From: a virus
Length of the DNA stretch: 64,000 nucleotides
IMG/VR virus record: IMGVR_UViG_3300042371_001161
Span: 1 to 64,000 of that record
Strand: one strand, 5' to 3'
How positions within the stretch are numbered: the stretch's first letter is position 1; each line of letters starts with the position of its first letter. The position numbers and the translations under genes were made by a program. Of the stretch, positions 12,484-21,716 are shown piece after piece. Below the pieces are notes generated by a model that ran no database searches, had not been told where the DNA came from, and saw only the letters and a list, made by a program, of their open reading frames with translations.

Positions 12484-13302
12484 ATGGGAAAGTTCATTTT
12501 TACGAATGGAGGTGGTCTGAGCATTGCTTCTGGACCATCAACAACGTCAAAAGCGAACTCCAATTTGACCGGCTTTCTTGACGCACCAGACCCAGTTTAC
12601 GGTTCTGCTGCGCACGGAACGGCAACGCTAAACACAACAACTGGCGCTGCGGGAACGTATTCAGTAGCTGCAACTTCGTTAGGACTCACGTACTCCGCTG
12701 GTCCGCCAATTGTGTTCACCATGACGCAGGACATATTTGCATTTAATTTGATAATTGCAGACAACGTTAGATTAAATCCAGCAGGGTATAGAATTTTTGT
12801 TCAAAATGTTTTAACGCTTGGTGATGGTTCAATCATTGGCCACACCGCAGGATTTTCAACCGATGGTTCCATTAAGCAAGGAGGTGCAGCAGCCAGCGCG
12901 GCATTAGTGCATAGTCTCGGCGGCTCGAGTGCAACGGCTGGAGCAGCTGCACCAACCGCACCTACGGGTGGGACCGACTACTATAAGCAACCTTTTCAAG
13001 CAATCAAGGGCTATTCGATTACGGCAACGTCAACTACTCCGTCACCTCTACGTGGAGGAGCTGGGGGCGCAACGGGAGCGGGCGGCGGAGTAATAATTTT
13101 AGCAGCGCGATATATCGGTCTTTCTAGTGGCACGGCAACTGCATCTATTAAAGCGCCTGGCACTTCTGGCACAGGCGGAGGAGGCGGTGGAGTAATTATT
13201 GTTGTTTCATCCGCTGGAGCTTTGCCTGCCAACGTATCAACAGACGTTACTGGTGGAACTAGCTGCAATGCGGGTACATATATCTATTCGCAGGTAGTAT
13301 AA
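12484..13302 (+). CDS. Glycine-rich structural protein, paralog of 13304-14947
   Basis: ATG at 12484 just after the upstream stop; GYRIFV, GGAGGATGAGGGVIIL and GGGGGGVIIV motifs shared with the next gene. Confidence 0.75.
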   Translation: MGKFIFTNGGGLSIASGPSTTSKANSNLTGFLDAPDPVYGSAAHGTATLNTTTGAAGTYSVAATSLGLTYSAGPPIVFTMTQDIFAFNLIIADNVRLNPAGYRIFVQNVLTLGDGSIIGHTAGFSTDGSIKQGGAAASAALVHSLGGSSATAGAAAPTAPTGGTDYYKQPFQAIKGYSITATSTTPSPLRGGAGGATGAGGGVIILAARYIGLSSGTATASIKAPGTSGTGGGGGGVIIVVSSAGALPANVSTDVTGGTSCNAGTYIYSQVV

Positions 13303-13303
13303 A

Positions 13304-14947
13304 ATGGCGATTAAAAGAACAAACAGACCTATTGTTCAAAGAGAAGGCGGAGACGCCATCTTTGGGGAAGGCACAGACAGCGACGTCACCATAGCTAGTG
13401 GAACTACGACCTTAACCAAGGACATGTACTACAACAACCTGACGGTCAACTCTGGCGCAACGTTGTTTACAAATGGCTTTCGTGTATTTGTGAAAGGAAC
13501 TTTCACAAACAACGGAACAGTCGGGATGCCCACCGCAACTGAACACTCTGTGGCAGACGGCAGCGGCACGATTGCCGGAAGACAGAACGCCCTTAACCCA
13601 GCAAAAGCGTGGGGCACAAGTACAGACCCATTGTCAGTTACAGATATTTATGACCTAGATGATGCAGTATCTGGCTGGTTTATTACTGCCGCTGGAACAA
13701 TTACCAAAATTGGCGGAGGTTCACTAGGTACTGCCGGCGCTGCTGGAACAACTCTTGCAAACCCAGGAGCAGGTGGAGCTGGCAACGCCGGAACCTTCCC
13801 TGGAGCCTCGACGGGGCAAGCCGGTGGCGCGGGAAACGCAGGCAATCCTGGAAACCCCGCAGTTCCTGGTGCTGGCGGCGCGGGTGGTCTTGGCGGCGGA
13901 TTAGTTATTATATTCGCTAAAACAATTGCTGGTTCTGGGACTATAGTAAGTCAAGGACGCGCCGGGTCTGCTGGGAGTTCGCCTACGCCAGGTGCCTCTG
14001 GCAACTTGGGCAACTCGGCGCCCGGCATAACTGGCTACCATACTTCAGGTTCTTACCACCACCCCGCAGGGTCAACAGGGCCAAACCCTGGTGCAGGAAA
14101 CCCACACCCGGCAGGCCATAATCCCCACGTCGCAGGGAACCCGCACCCAGCAGGGCATAATCCTCATTCGCCAGGAAACCCGCACCCGGCTGGGCATAAT
14201 CCACATGTTGCAGGGAATCCCCACCCAGCAGGACATAATCCGCACGTTGCAGGAAACTATCATGGGTCAGGCACGCACACCAGTGCGCACAACCCCAATA
14301 CGCATACTTATTGGTCAAACCACAACGCAACATACAACGGCAACCATGTCCCCGCGCTGCACTTTGCACACGGAAATACTGGCACTGGCGGACTTGCGAA
14401 TCACAATGGGACAGTAAACAAAGGCGGAAATCACAACCCTGGCAGTGGTCACTCGCCTGCGGTCCATAATCCTGGCAATCACAATAGTGGGCACGGCAGC
14501 CACCACCACCCGGCGGGCCATAATCCTCACGTTGCAGGGAACCCGCACCCGGCGGGCCATAATCCTCACGTTGCAGGGAACCCGCACCCAGCAGGGCATA
14601 ACCCCCATGTCCCAGGAAATCCGCATCCGGCAGGGCATAACCCCCATGTCCCAGGAAATCCCCACGCAGCAGGACATAACTCGGGAACGCACCCGCACAC
14701 TGCAGCAACGGTCAACTCTTCAACAGGTGCGGTGACGAGCAATAAAGCTGCCGCCCCCACCAGTACTGCCACCAATGCAAACTACACGGGCGGAACTGGA
14801 GGTTCAGCTGGCACAGCTGGAACAGCTAACCCAGGAGCTCCTGGGGCTACGGGTTCAACTGGTGGAATAGTTGTTGTAGCTAGAAACACTGGCAACGCCG
14901 CAAGTCAAATTGGACATTCGAATTATTCTAAAGTAATAGACATATAA
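13304..14947 (+). CDS. Glycine-rich structural protein with large His/Asn/Pro repeat insertion
   Basis: GFRVFV and GGAGGLGGGLVIIF motifs; GNPHPAGHNPHVA repeats in two blocks. Confidence 0.8.
   Translation: MAIKRTNRPIVQREGGDAIFGEGTDSDVTIASGTTTLTKDMYYNNLTVNSGATLFTNGFRVFVKGTFTNNGTVGMPTATEHSVADGSGTIAGRQNALNPAKAWGTSTDPLSVTDIYDLDDAVSGWFITAAGTITKIGGGSLGTAGAAGTTLANPGAGGAGNAGTFPGASTGQAGGAGNAGNPGNPAVPGAGGAGGLGGGLVIIFAKTIAGSGTIVSQGRAGSAGSSPTPGASGNLGNSAPGITGYHTSGSYHHPAGSTGPNPGAGNPHPAGHNPHVAGNPHPAGHNPHSPGNPHPAGHNPHVAGNPHPAGHNPHVAGNYHGSGTHTSAHNPNTHTYWSNHNATYNGNHVPALHFAHGNTGTGGLANHNGTVNKGGNHNPGSGHSPAVHNPGNHNSGHGSHHHPAGHNPHVAGNPHPAGHNPHVAGNPHPAGHNPHVPGNPHPAGHNPHVPGNPHAAGHNSGTHPHTAATVNSSTGAVTSNKAAAPTSTATNANYTGGTGGSAGTAGTANPGAPGATGSTGGIVVVARNTGNAASQIGHSNYSKVIDI
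14096..14690 (+). repeat. 39-nt coding repeats, GNPHPAGHNPH(V/S)(A/P), in two blocks of about 4-5 units
   Basis: Blocks at about 14096-14260 and 14505-14690; synonymous positions vary while the peptide is conserved. Confidence 0.88.
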
Positions 14948-15009
14948 CATAGCTTGATAAGCAATGCAAAAAAATGATAACATGGACAAAACTACAATAA
15001 GGAGTGGAA

Positions 15010-15258
15010 ATGGCTTTATTTGATTCATTAACTAAAGAAATGAAATTGCAAGCAATAGAGATGCGAATCATGTCCCTAACTACGCAACTTTACGGTCTTT
15101 TAATTGCCGTAGGACTTGACCCAGAAGAAGTAAATCTAGATACTTTAAATCCTGAAACCGACCTCGATGAAAGATACTTGGGTTATGCCTCGGAAATTGT
15201 TCTGCTCAAAGGACAAATTAGTCATGCAGAAGAAATGCGCGAGAGAGTTGCTGCGTGA
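15010..15258 (+). CDS. Small helical protein, paralog family A/B/C
   Basis: AAGGAG RBS 5 nt before ATG 15010; LYGLLIAVGLDPEE motif. Confidence 0.7.
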   Translation: MALFDSLTKEMKLQAIEMRIMSLTTQLYGLLIAVGLDPEEVNLDTLNPETDLDERYLGYASEIVLLKGQISHAEEMRERVAA

Positions 15259-15845
15259 AAAAAACAGAACGAGCTATTGGCATCATCGAGTACAGTGATG
15301 TTTTTGATGCCGAAAAGTTCATTCCCATGCTCGAGCAAGAATGTAGCCAAGCCTGGGGATATTTGCATTGGGAAAGGTCAACCGTAGGCGACGGCTTCGT
15401 CGCGCCCATAAGAACATCTATGAGCTGCGAACTAAGTCCTCTAGGTGTTGAAGACATAGCCGTAGAGAGAGTGATTCCTCTTGCAAAATCATGGCTAAAC
15501 CTCTGGAAGGATATAGACCCAACTGTCTGGGACTACCGTAGTCAATTTGAATTAGACCTTGAAACCGACGAAGGTTACAGGGTTCTTAAATACGGCGGTG
15601 GGGCGGGATACAAAGCTCATCACGACCACTTTCGTAGCAACTCAAGAAGTATTAGTCTGGTGGCTTTTTTGAACGATGGATATAGTGGAGGCGAGCTAGT
15701 ATTCCCGCGTTTTGATGTGACAATTACACCCAAGGCTGGAAGTCTAGTAATATTTCCTTCCAATTTTCCGTACATACATATAGCTCAGCCTGTTGGAAAA
15801 GATGATGAAACAATCAAATACTCTTTGGTGACGTGGTTTAGATGA
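15255..15845 (+). CDS. 2OG-Fe(II) oxygenase, prolyl-4-hydroxylase-like
   Basis: YRVLKY, HHD (HxD), SLVAFLND...GGEL.F, YIH, KYSLVTW. Confidence 0.92.
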   Translation: MKKTERAIGIIEYSDVFDAEKFIPMLEQECSQAWGYLHWERSTVGDGFVAPIRTSMSCELSPLGVEDIAVERVIPLAKSWLNLWKDIDPTVWDYRSQFELDLETDEGYRVLKYGGGAGYKAHHDHFRSNSRSISLVAFLNDGYSGGELVFPRFDVTITPKAGSLVIFPSNFPYIHIAQPVGKDDETIKYSLVTWFR

Positions 15846-16009
15846 ATCCAGAAGAAGTCTACGCAAACATCGAAAACAACGAAGGCTTAGTTTTTGATGC
15901 GCTAGATGGAAGATACAAAATGATTGGGCAAACAGACAGCAAGTGCCCCACATGGATTGATTTGCCAATTCTTTCTGATTTAGAAGAAAAGAAAAAGTAT
16001 GACTTATAA
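15842..16009 (+). CDS. Small hypothetical protein (55 aa), below ORF-track cutoff
   Basis: Manual translation MNPEEVYANIENNEGLVFDALDGRYKMIGQTDSKCPTWIDLPILSDLEEKKKYDL; ATGA overlap upstream and overlap with the next start; fills the operon gap exactly. Confidence 0.6.
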   Translation: MNPEEVYANIENNEGLVFDALDGRYKMIGQTDSKCPTWIDLPILSDLEEKKKYDL

Positions 16010-16268
16010 TCTTGAACAAGATTTTTTATACAATCAAAACAACCTATTCGCCACATTGGAAACAATTGGCTTGGATTGTGAATTAATAGACACCTACACG
16101 TTGGGTCAAGTTTTAGAGCAATGTACGGCAGTGTATGGTTCGTCAGAATACGACAAAAGCTCTGCATCAGAAGGCGAGCGTTACGCATCATTGCGTCGAG
16201 CACAAATAAATGTTCGCAGATTCTGGTATTATTACACGCTTTTGAAATGGAGAATGCAAAATGTTTAA
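15999..16268 (+). CDS. Small helical protein, possible divergent member of paralog family A/B/C
   Basis: LFATLETIGLDCE resembles LYGLLIAVGLDPE. Confidence 0.6.
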   Translation: MTYNLEQDFLYNQNNLFATLETIGLDCELIDTYTLGQVLEQCTAVYGSSEYDKSSASEGERYASLRRAQINVRRFWYYYTLLKWRMQNV

Positions 16269-16983
16269 GCAGAATCCAAATTTATACGATATTAGTTTAC
16301 TAAGTAAGTTATTGAGCAACGCTCCTGGGGCCGACTATAGCGTTCAGGAAATATCTGCCTTTTGTCAAAGTGCCCTATCGGAAGAGTTGGAATCTGGAGT
16401 CGACAGAAGCCGTCAGGCAATTGGATTTTTAACTACTTTAAATTATTTAGAATACTTATCGCCGTCAGATAGCGTTTCACATGACGTGGCCGCTATGCAC
16501 TTTTTGATGGTCGAAATGCTCGTAGCCTTGCTGAAGCCTTCAAAAATATTACTTGCGCCATTTGTCTACAAGGGCCTTGACGCTAATTATCCTCTTTTTG
16601 CAGAGAATGACGTTTCTGAAGTGCACGTAATGAACCTGCCAGTTCTTGATTACATTGAACGCTATTGGGGTATTAATGTTTCTGACGAGCAGACCATTCG
16701 CATGCAGGACATCCAAGATGGCAACTTTGATAATGACTACAACCTTATTGTTACCTACTTGGAAAACTTTTGCCATGACGACCAAATGCTAAACGGCATA
16801 GTGGACCATCTGGCTAGTGGTGGTGCGCTGTTACTAATGGCAACCAATGACCTCGGCAGCCTGTACGTTAATCAGGAAGCCCATCCATACTATCAGCCTC
16901 ACCAGATTATGTCTCAAAGAGAAGATGTGCTAACTTTTCATTTACCTTTTGCACTTGGGTACACATTGGTAATTAAAAAATGA
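16261..16983 (+). CDS. Degenerate class I methyltransferase-fold protein
   Basis: C-terminal DYNLIV...IVDHLASGGALLL resembles methyltransferase motifs IV-VI; no clear GxGxG motif I. Confidence 0.5.
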   Translation: MFKQNPNLYDISLLSKLLSNAPGADYSVQEISAFCQSALSEELESGVDRSRQAIGFLTTLNYLEYLSPSDSVSHDVAAMHFLMVEMLVALLKPSKILLAPFVYKGLDANYPLFAENDVSEVHVMNLPVLDYIERYWGINVSDEQTIRMQDIQDGNFDNDYNLIVTYLENFCHDDQMLNGIVDHLASGGALLLMATNDLGSLYVNQEAHPYYQPHQIMSQREDVLTFHLPFALGYTLVIKK

Positions 16984-18455
16984 ACCAAAAGAAAATAATT
17001 GTTGTTGGTTCAGGTACTGCAGGACTAGTGACTGCATTGATAATTAAATCAGTAATGCCGGCGTACGAAGTAATTATTGTGTCCTCTAGTAAGAGAGGCA
17101 TCATTGGGGTCGGCGAAGGCTCAACCGAGCATTGGCAGTTATTCCAAAACATAGTAGGCATAGATGTTGATGACATGGTGAGAAACGCAGACATCACACA
17201 TAAGTACGGTATCCGTTATGAAAATTGGACCAATCATACCCCTGATTATTTTCATAGCGTAGGAGGTACGGGCTTGCAGAGCAATACTTTTTGGGGAAGC
17301 TATGCTTACGCTTTAGAAAATGATTTACTACTGACTAACACTTTCTCTTGGCGGGGATTAGTCGACAACATGGTAGTTGATAATGGGCCGGACGTACACC
17401 GTGGAACAAATCAGTATCATTTCGACACTTTCAAATTAAATAAATATCTAACAAATATAGCTGCAAGTAAGGGAATTGTATTTATAGACGACGAAGTTGC
17501 AGACGTTTCTGTTGAAAAAAATGGTTTTATTGGTAGTGTCTTTCTGAAAAGCGCACAAAAAGACATTTGTGGTGATTTTTTTATAGACGCAACTGGGTTT
17601 CATAGAGAGATACTAAGCAAGATAGCTGATAAGACTTTTATTTCTTATCGTAAGTTCTTGCCTTGCGACAAGGCCATTGCATTTCCCACGGAGTCAGAAG
17701 AATCTGGGCAAATAAGGCCATATACGAGAGCACGGGCACTCAAGAATGGCTGGATGTGGGAAATACCAACTCAATCTCGTCGTGGCAACGGTTATGTTTT
17801 TGCATCTGATTTCTGCTCACCAGAACAAGCTATTGAGGAAGCTTCAGAAGCGCACGGTTTCCAAGTGGAGCCAGCTAAAGTTGTCGACTTTAATTCTGGA
17901 TATTTTAAGGAAACATGGAAGAATAATTGTGTCGCCGTTGGCTTGGCAGCGGGTTTTGTCGAACCCCTGGAGGCCACTTCTATTTCTACGACTATCCAAC
18001 AGGCAAGATTGATTTGTTCATATTTGCCGACATTCTCAGAAGAGAGAATGTATGGCATTAAAGAATATCATCGTGTAGTCGATTCAATAATGGAAAATAT
18101 TCTATGCATGATTTCTTTGCACTATATGTCCGACAGAACAGATTCAGAAATGTGGAGAGCACAGAGTAAATCAGAAAAGCCAGAGCTTCTGCAACATCTG
18201 TTAAATATTTGGAACGAAAGATGCCCAGAAAGTCACGACGTACCTTTTACTGGATTTGAGCTCTTTACTGCGGCGCACTTGTGGCACGTAGCTCAAGGGC
18301 AGGGCGTCCTGAATAAGCAAGTTGCCAGCATACAGCTTGATGCATATGCGTCAAGAAAAAATACTAGTGAAGACATATCCAACTATTCAAAATCATTACT
18401 CAAGCAAAGGTTGATAGGTCATGCGCAAGCGCTCAAGAACACTCGAAATAGTTAG
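16980..18455 (+). CDS. Flavin-dependent halogenase, tryptophan-halogenase family
   Basis: VVGSGTAG FAD motif, IGVGEGS, THKYGIRYENW with the catalytic Lys equivalent, FFIDATG, GWMWEIP (WxWxIP), GFVEPLEATSI. Confidence 0.92.
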   Translation: MNQKKIIVVGSGTAGLVTALIIKSVMPAYEVIIVSSSKRGIIGVGEGSTEHWQLFQNIVGIDVDDMVRNADITHKYGIRYENWTNHTPDYFHSVGGTGLQSNTFWGSYAYALENDLLLTNTFSWRGLVDNMVVDNGPDVHRGTNQYHFDTFKLNKYLTNIAASKGIVFIDDEVADVSVEKNGFIGSVFLKSAQKDICGDFFIDATGFHREILSKIADKTFISYRKFLPCDKAIAFPTESEESGQIRPYTRARALKNGWMWEIPTQSRRGNGYVFASDFCSPEQAIEEASEAHGFQVEPAKVVDFNSGYFKETWKNNCVAVGLAAGFVEPLEATSISTTIQQARLICSYLPTFSEERMYGIKEYHRVVDSIMENILCMISLHYMSDRTDSEMWRAQSKSEKPELLQHLLNIWNERCPESHDVPFTGFELFTAAHLWHVAQGQGVLNKQVASIQLDAYASRKNTSEDISNYSKSLLKQRLIGHAQALKNTRNS

Positions 18456-19236
18456 TCCAAGAATTTTCAACGACATCCCTAAATTAAAAAAGGGTGAAGT
18501 ATTGTTGGCTCCAGATTCAAGACTTTTAATGGACGACTCGTGTAGACCATACGAAAACTTAGGTAATTGGCCAGAATGGTGGAAGGCACTTAATGGCAAT
18601 GATGCCAGTCTAAAGCGGTGTTCTGGGACGTCAGATTACTTATCAACTGGATTTACAATACCTCTCTGGGCAAAGCTAGAATTTCGCCCTTCATTAGATT
18701 CGCAGAATTGGGATGTAAGATTTGACCTTGCTGGCCACATGGGGAATTTTGGTATTGAAAGTTTTTCATATAATCAAACTGGCAAATGCCCAGTGTCAGA
18801 AATTCGCGCAAGGAAAGAGTCAGGCTACGTAAAAATCGTTAACCCATGGGTGATTAAAACACCTCCAGGTTGGTCGTCACTATTCTTGCCGCCACTATGG
18901 AATCCAAACCCCAACTACACAATTCTGCCTGCAGTGGTCAATACCGATTACTATCACACGGCGAATATCGTAATAAATGTTTTGACTAACGAGCCATTTG
19001 AAATAGAAATAGGAGAACCAATGTGGCATGTTATTCCGTTCCAAAGGAGTAGGTCCAACACTATTGTCTGGGGAGACGAGAGCGCTCATCAACTCTTGCA
19101 TCGAAGAGGTTTTGGTGGAGTCTTCATGCCTCAGAGGCAGAAGAGTAAGTACAAAAAACTGGAACGAGATATTGATGCATCGCTAGATGCCGAAGACCCC
19201 TCAATCTTAGATAAAATTCTAAGACGTAATAGATAG
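18421..19236 (+). CDS. Hypothetical protein of the DUF6065-like family often found beside phage oxygenases
   Basis: PWVIKTPPGWSSLF...ILPAVVNTDYY...GEPMWHVIPF pattern. Confidence 0.55.
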   Translation: MRKRSRTLEIVSPRIFNDIPKLKKGEVLLAPDSRLLMDDSCRPYENLGNWPEWWKALNGNDASLKRCSGTSDYLSTGFTIPLWAKLEFRPSLDSQNWDVRFDLAGHMGNFGIESFSYNQTGKCPVSEIRARKESGYVKIVNPWVIKTPPGWSSLFLPPLWNPNPNYTILPAVVNTDYYHTANIVINVLTNEPFEIEIGEPMWHVIPFQRSRSNTIVWGDESAHQLLHRRGFGGVFMPQRQKSKYKKLERDIDASLDAEDPSILDKILRRNR

Positions 19237-19246
19237 GAAATTTATT

Positions 19247-19486
19247 ATGGAATTCAGCATAACAGTCGCTCAAAAGCAACTAGCCCTTCAGACAGCGCGT
19301 AGACGATTGGAATCAGAGATATACTTACTAGCGTTGCTTTCAGGCATGGACCCCGATACGTTGGAAGTAGTTGATGAAAAGTTTACGTGGCAACCGGATG
19401 CTTCTATGCCAATTTTCGTTGATTCAACACAGAGAAGGCTGAGGAATGTTCTAGACATTTATGAAACCTTATTGGAAAAATTGTAA
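19247..19486 (+). CDS. Small helical protein, paralog family A/B/C
   Basis: Ungapped 36-aa alignment to the 15010 protein with 10 identities (IYLLALLSGMDPD). Confidence 0.7.
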   Translation: MEFSITVAQKQLALQTARRRLESEIYLLALLSGMDPDTLEVVDEKFTWQPDASMPIFVDSTQRRLRNVLDIYETLLEKL

Positions 19487-19494
19487 TACTGGAG

Positions 19495-20184
19495 TTGGTG
19501 ATGAATAGCAAGCCTAGATTTTTCTGGCCATGTGGAAAGTCGTCGGCCATCATGGTTGCCGAATCCATCATTGAAGAAGAACTATGTCAAAGCATAATTA
19601 GTGAGTGCAAAACTCACTACGACAAACTATTCTCTCCAGGTCCAGTCATTAGTGGAATTTTTCCCGATATCAAGTCAAGCATGGATATGAGTTGGTCGGA
19701 CGGAGAAGTAATTAGGCTTGGCGCCCCATCTATGCCATTTCTTAATTATGAAGGTCAGGTAGTAGACGCGTTATTTAGTTCTATTGAATACTACAGAGAA
19801 ACCTTTAGATGGCTATGGGAATGGCCGGGCCTGTCGGATACTGGGTTTAGACTGCAGCATTATCGCAAGAACAGTGGGTTTTATCGAGAGCACATAGACG
19901 GCGGGCCAGGGCCTGGCGTGGCTGCAGACAGAATGCTTGGGGCTATCATCTACCTAAATACAGTGGAAACTGGCGGGGAAACCTATTTCCGCGAGCATGA
20001 CCTAAAAATTCCAGCAAAAGCAGGCTCAATAGCTTTGTTCCCCGCGTATTGGACGCACCCACATCAGGGTTGTGTTCCTATATCCGATGATAAATGGATT
20101 GTAAGTACGTTCGTTGTTAAAAAAACAGAAGAACAAGAAAACACAACAAAGAGCACCCCAATGCCACAGCTTGATAATGAATGA
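19495..20184 (+). CDS. 2OG-Fe(II) oxygenase, prolyl-4-hydroxylase-like
   Basis: FRLQHY, HID, AIIYLN...GGETYF, THPH, KWIVSTF. Confidence 0.92.
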   Translation: MVMNSKPRFFWPCGKSSAIMVAESIIEEELCQSIISECKTHYDKLFSPGPVISGIFPDIKSSMDMSWSDGEVIRLGAPSMPFLNYEGQVVDALFSSIEYYRETFRWLWEWPGLSDTGFRLQHYRKNSGFYREHIDGGPGPGVAADRMLGAIIYLNTVETGGETYFREHDLKIPAKAGSIALFPAYWTHPHQGCVPISDDKWIVSTFVVKKTEEQENTTKSTPMPQLDNE

Positions 20185-20800
20185 ATTTTATGACCACGAA
20201 TCTGGTAGGACGCTGCAAGAAAGACCAGAAGCCTACATTTTAGATAAAGTTTTTGACCCAGAATATTTTTCTGAACTAAAAGAATCGCTCGCGCTAATTA
20301 GAGAAAATAATGTTCTTCCGTATACCTTGGAGCTTGGGCGGAGCGGTATAAATACATTAGATAAGAGCTTTGGAGCCGATGTTCTTAATGGCGCTTTTGA
20401 TAAGGTCGTCGCAACGGCGCGTTCTATTTTTGGTCAAGACGTGAAGCCAACTTATGCCCTATGGGTGGCCTATAGGGGCTTTCGGGCTAGTCTTCCACGT
20501 CATATAGATGATAATGCTTGCACCTATACGATTGACTTATGCATGTCCTATGAGACACAGTGGCCCATTTGTATCGAAGGGAAAGAGCTACTTCTTGAAC
20601 CAAATCAAGCTGCAGTATATTACGGCGAAGACCAGTACCACTGGAGGGGTGAATTCCCTAGCCCGTTAAAAAATGAAGTGCAAATGATTTTTTTCCATTT
20701 TGCTGAGCCAGACCACTGGTTCTTCACTAAGGGTCCGCAGCACAAGCAGGAAATAGTTCGTATAAAAGAAGAACATCAAAGAAGGAACGGTATAAAGTAA
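20177..20800 (+). CDS. 2OG-Fe(II) oxygenase, cyanophage-type subfamily
   Basis: LPRHIDD, CTYTIDLC, WPICIEG, YHWR, QMIFFH; ATG 20177 overlapping the upstream stop. Confidence 0.8.
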   Translation: MNEFYDHESGRTLQERPEAYILDKVFDPEYFSELKESLALIRENNVLPYTLELGRSGINTLDKSFGADVLNGAFDKVVATARSIFGQDVKPTYALWVAYRGFRASLPRHIDDNACTYTIDLCMSYETQWPICIEGKELLLEPNQAAVYYGEDQYHWRGEFPSPLKNEVQMIFFHFAEPDHWFFTKGPQHKQEIVRIKEEHQRRNGIK

Positions 20801-20805
20801 GTTAC

Positions 20806-21102
20806 ATGAGTAAAGTTGTTCAGTTCAGTCAAAAGATAGTCGATGCTGTCAAAATGATGTCCAAGAAAGAATATTGGAATCGTCCCAATGCCGTCGAGGC
20901 GTGGGGTTTTGCAACAAAGATTCTCATTATTTTTCCTGGCCTACTTCTGGGCAAGCAGTGGTGGTGGCTGTACATTTTCGCCATTATTTCGAGTACGGCG
21001 CTAATTTGGTCATCTACTAAGAAAACACTGCCGACTATTATTCTATTCAACGTTGCCTGGGTCATCTTAGCAACTGCTTCGATTGTGAAGCATTTCGTAT
21101 GA
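20806..21102 (+). CDS. Small membrane protein (about 3 TM)
   Basis: 98 aa with three hydrophobic stretches. Confidence 0.65.
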   Translation: MSKVVQFSQKIVDAVKMMSKKEYWNRPNAVEAWGFATKILIIFPGLLLGKQWWWLYIFAIISSTALIWSSTKKTLPTIILFNVAWVILATASIVKHFV

Positions 21103-21716
21103 GACTACACACGCAATATTCATACAACGAAGAGTTCTCCAAAAAACTTGCTTTTGAATTTACTGTTGTAGGTTCAGATAAATCATCACATCATGGGTAC
21201 GAGGATGTGTATTCACACCTGTTGTCCGGTATGTCTCCGAAATCCTTTTTGGAGATTGGTCTTTTTCTTGGAGAGACTCGCAGTACTGACCTCTTTGCTT
21301 GGGAGCAGATGTTTCCTGACGCAAAAATTTATGGAGCAGACATAAAGTCTCACCTACTTTTCAAGAGTGGGAATATTCAGACATTCTTTGTTGACCAGTC
21401 GCGACCGGAAACTTTCTTGGACTTAAAGAACTCGATTGGCAACAAGGTTGACATCATTCTGGACGACGCTTCGCATGTTTTTGATTTGACAATTTCCACA
21501 TTTGAAAACATGTTTGATTTCCTTGAAGATGATGGCATTTATCTCATAGAGGATATCCTTTACGAGAACTACAACATGGATAGTTGGGAACAGCGCTCAT
21601 CTGAATTGAAAGAATATTTTGACAAAACTGGCCTTTCTTACGACATGTATGCAACATCAAAAATTCATTCCTGTGTAGATAGTGTTGTTTTGGCGGTATC
21701 AAAGGAGAAACAATGA
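21099..21716 (+). CDS. SAM-dependent O-methyltransferase-like protein
   Basis: FLEIG, IYGADI, VDQS, DIILDDASH, LEDDGIYLIED pattern of sugar O-methyltransferases. Confidence 0.85.
   Translation: MRLHTQYSYNEEFSKKLAFEFTVVGSDKSSHHGYEDVYSHLLSGMSPKSFLEIGLFLGETRSTDLFAWEQMFPDAKIYGADIKSHLLFKSGNIQTFFVDQSRPETFLDLKNSIGNKVDIILDDASHVFDLTISTFENMFDFLEDDGIYLIEDILYENYNMDSWEQRSSELKEYFDKTGLSYDMYATSKIHSCVDSVVLAVSKEKQ

Noticed and set aside
13983-14775. Overlapping alternate-frame ORFs across the His-rich repeats, and the possibility of a CRISPR-like array
   Set aside because: The 39-nt units are directly tandem, vary at synonymous sites and lack unique spacers, so they are coding repeats
18421-19236. dUTPase/dCTP deaminase call
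   Set aside because: The five conserved dUTPase motifs were not recognisable; left as DUF6065-like
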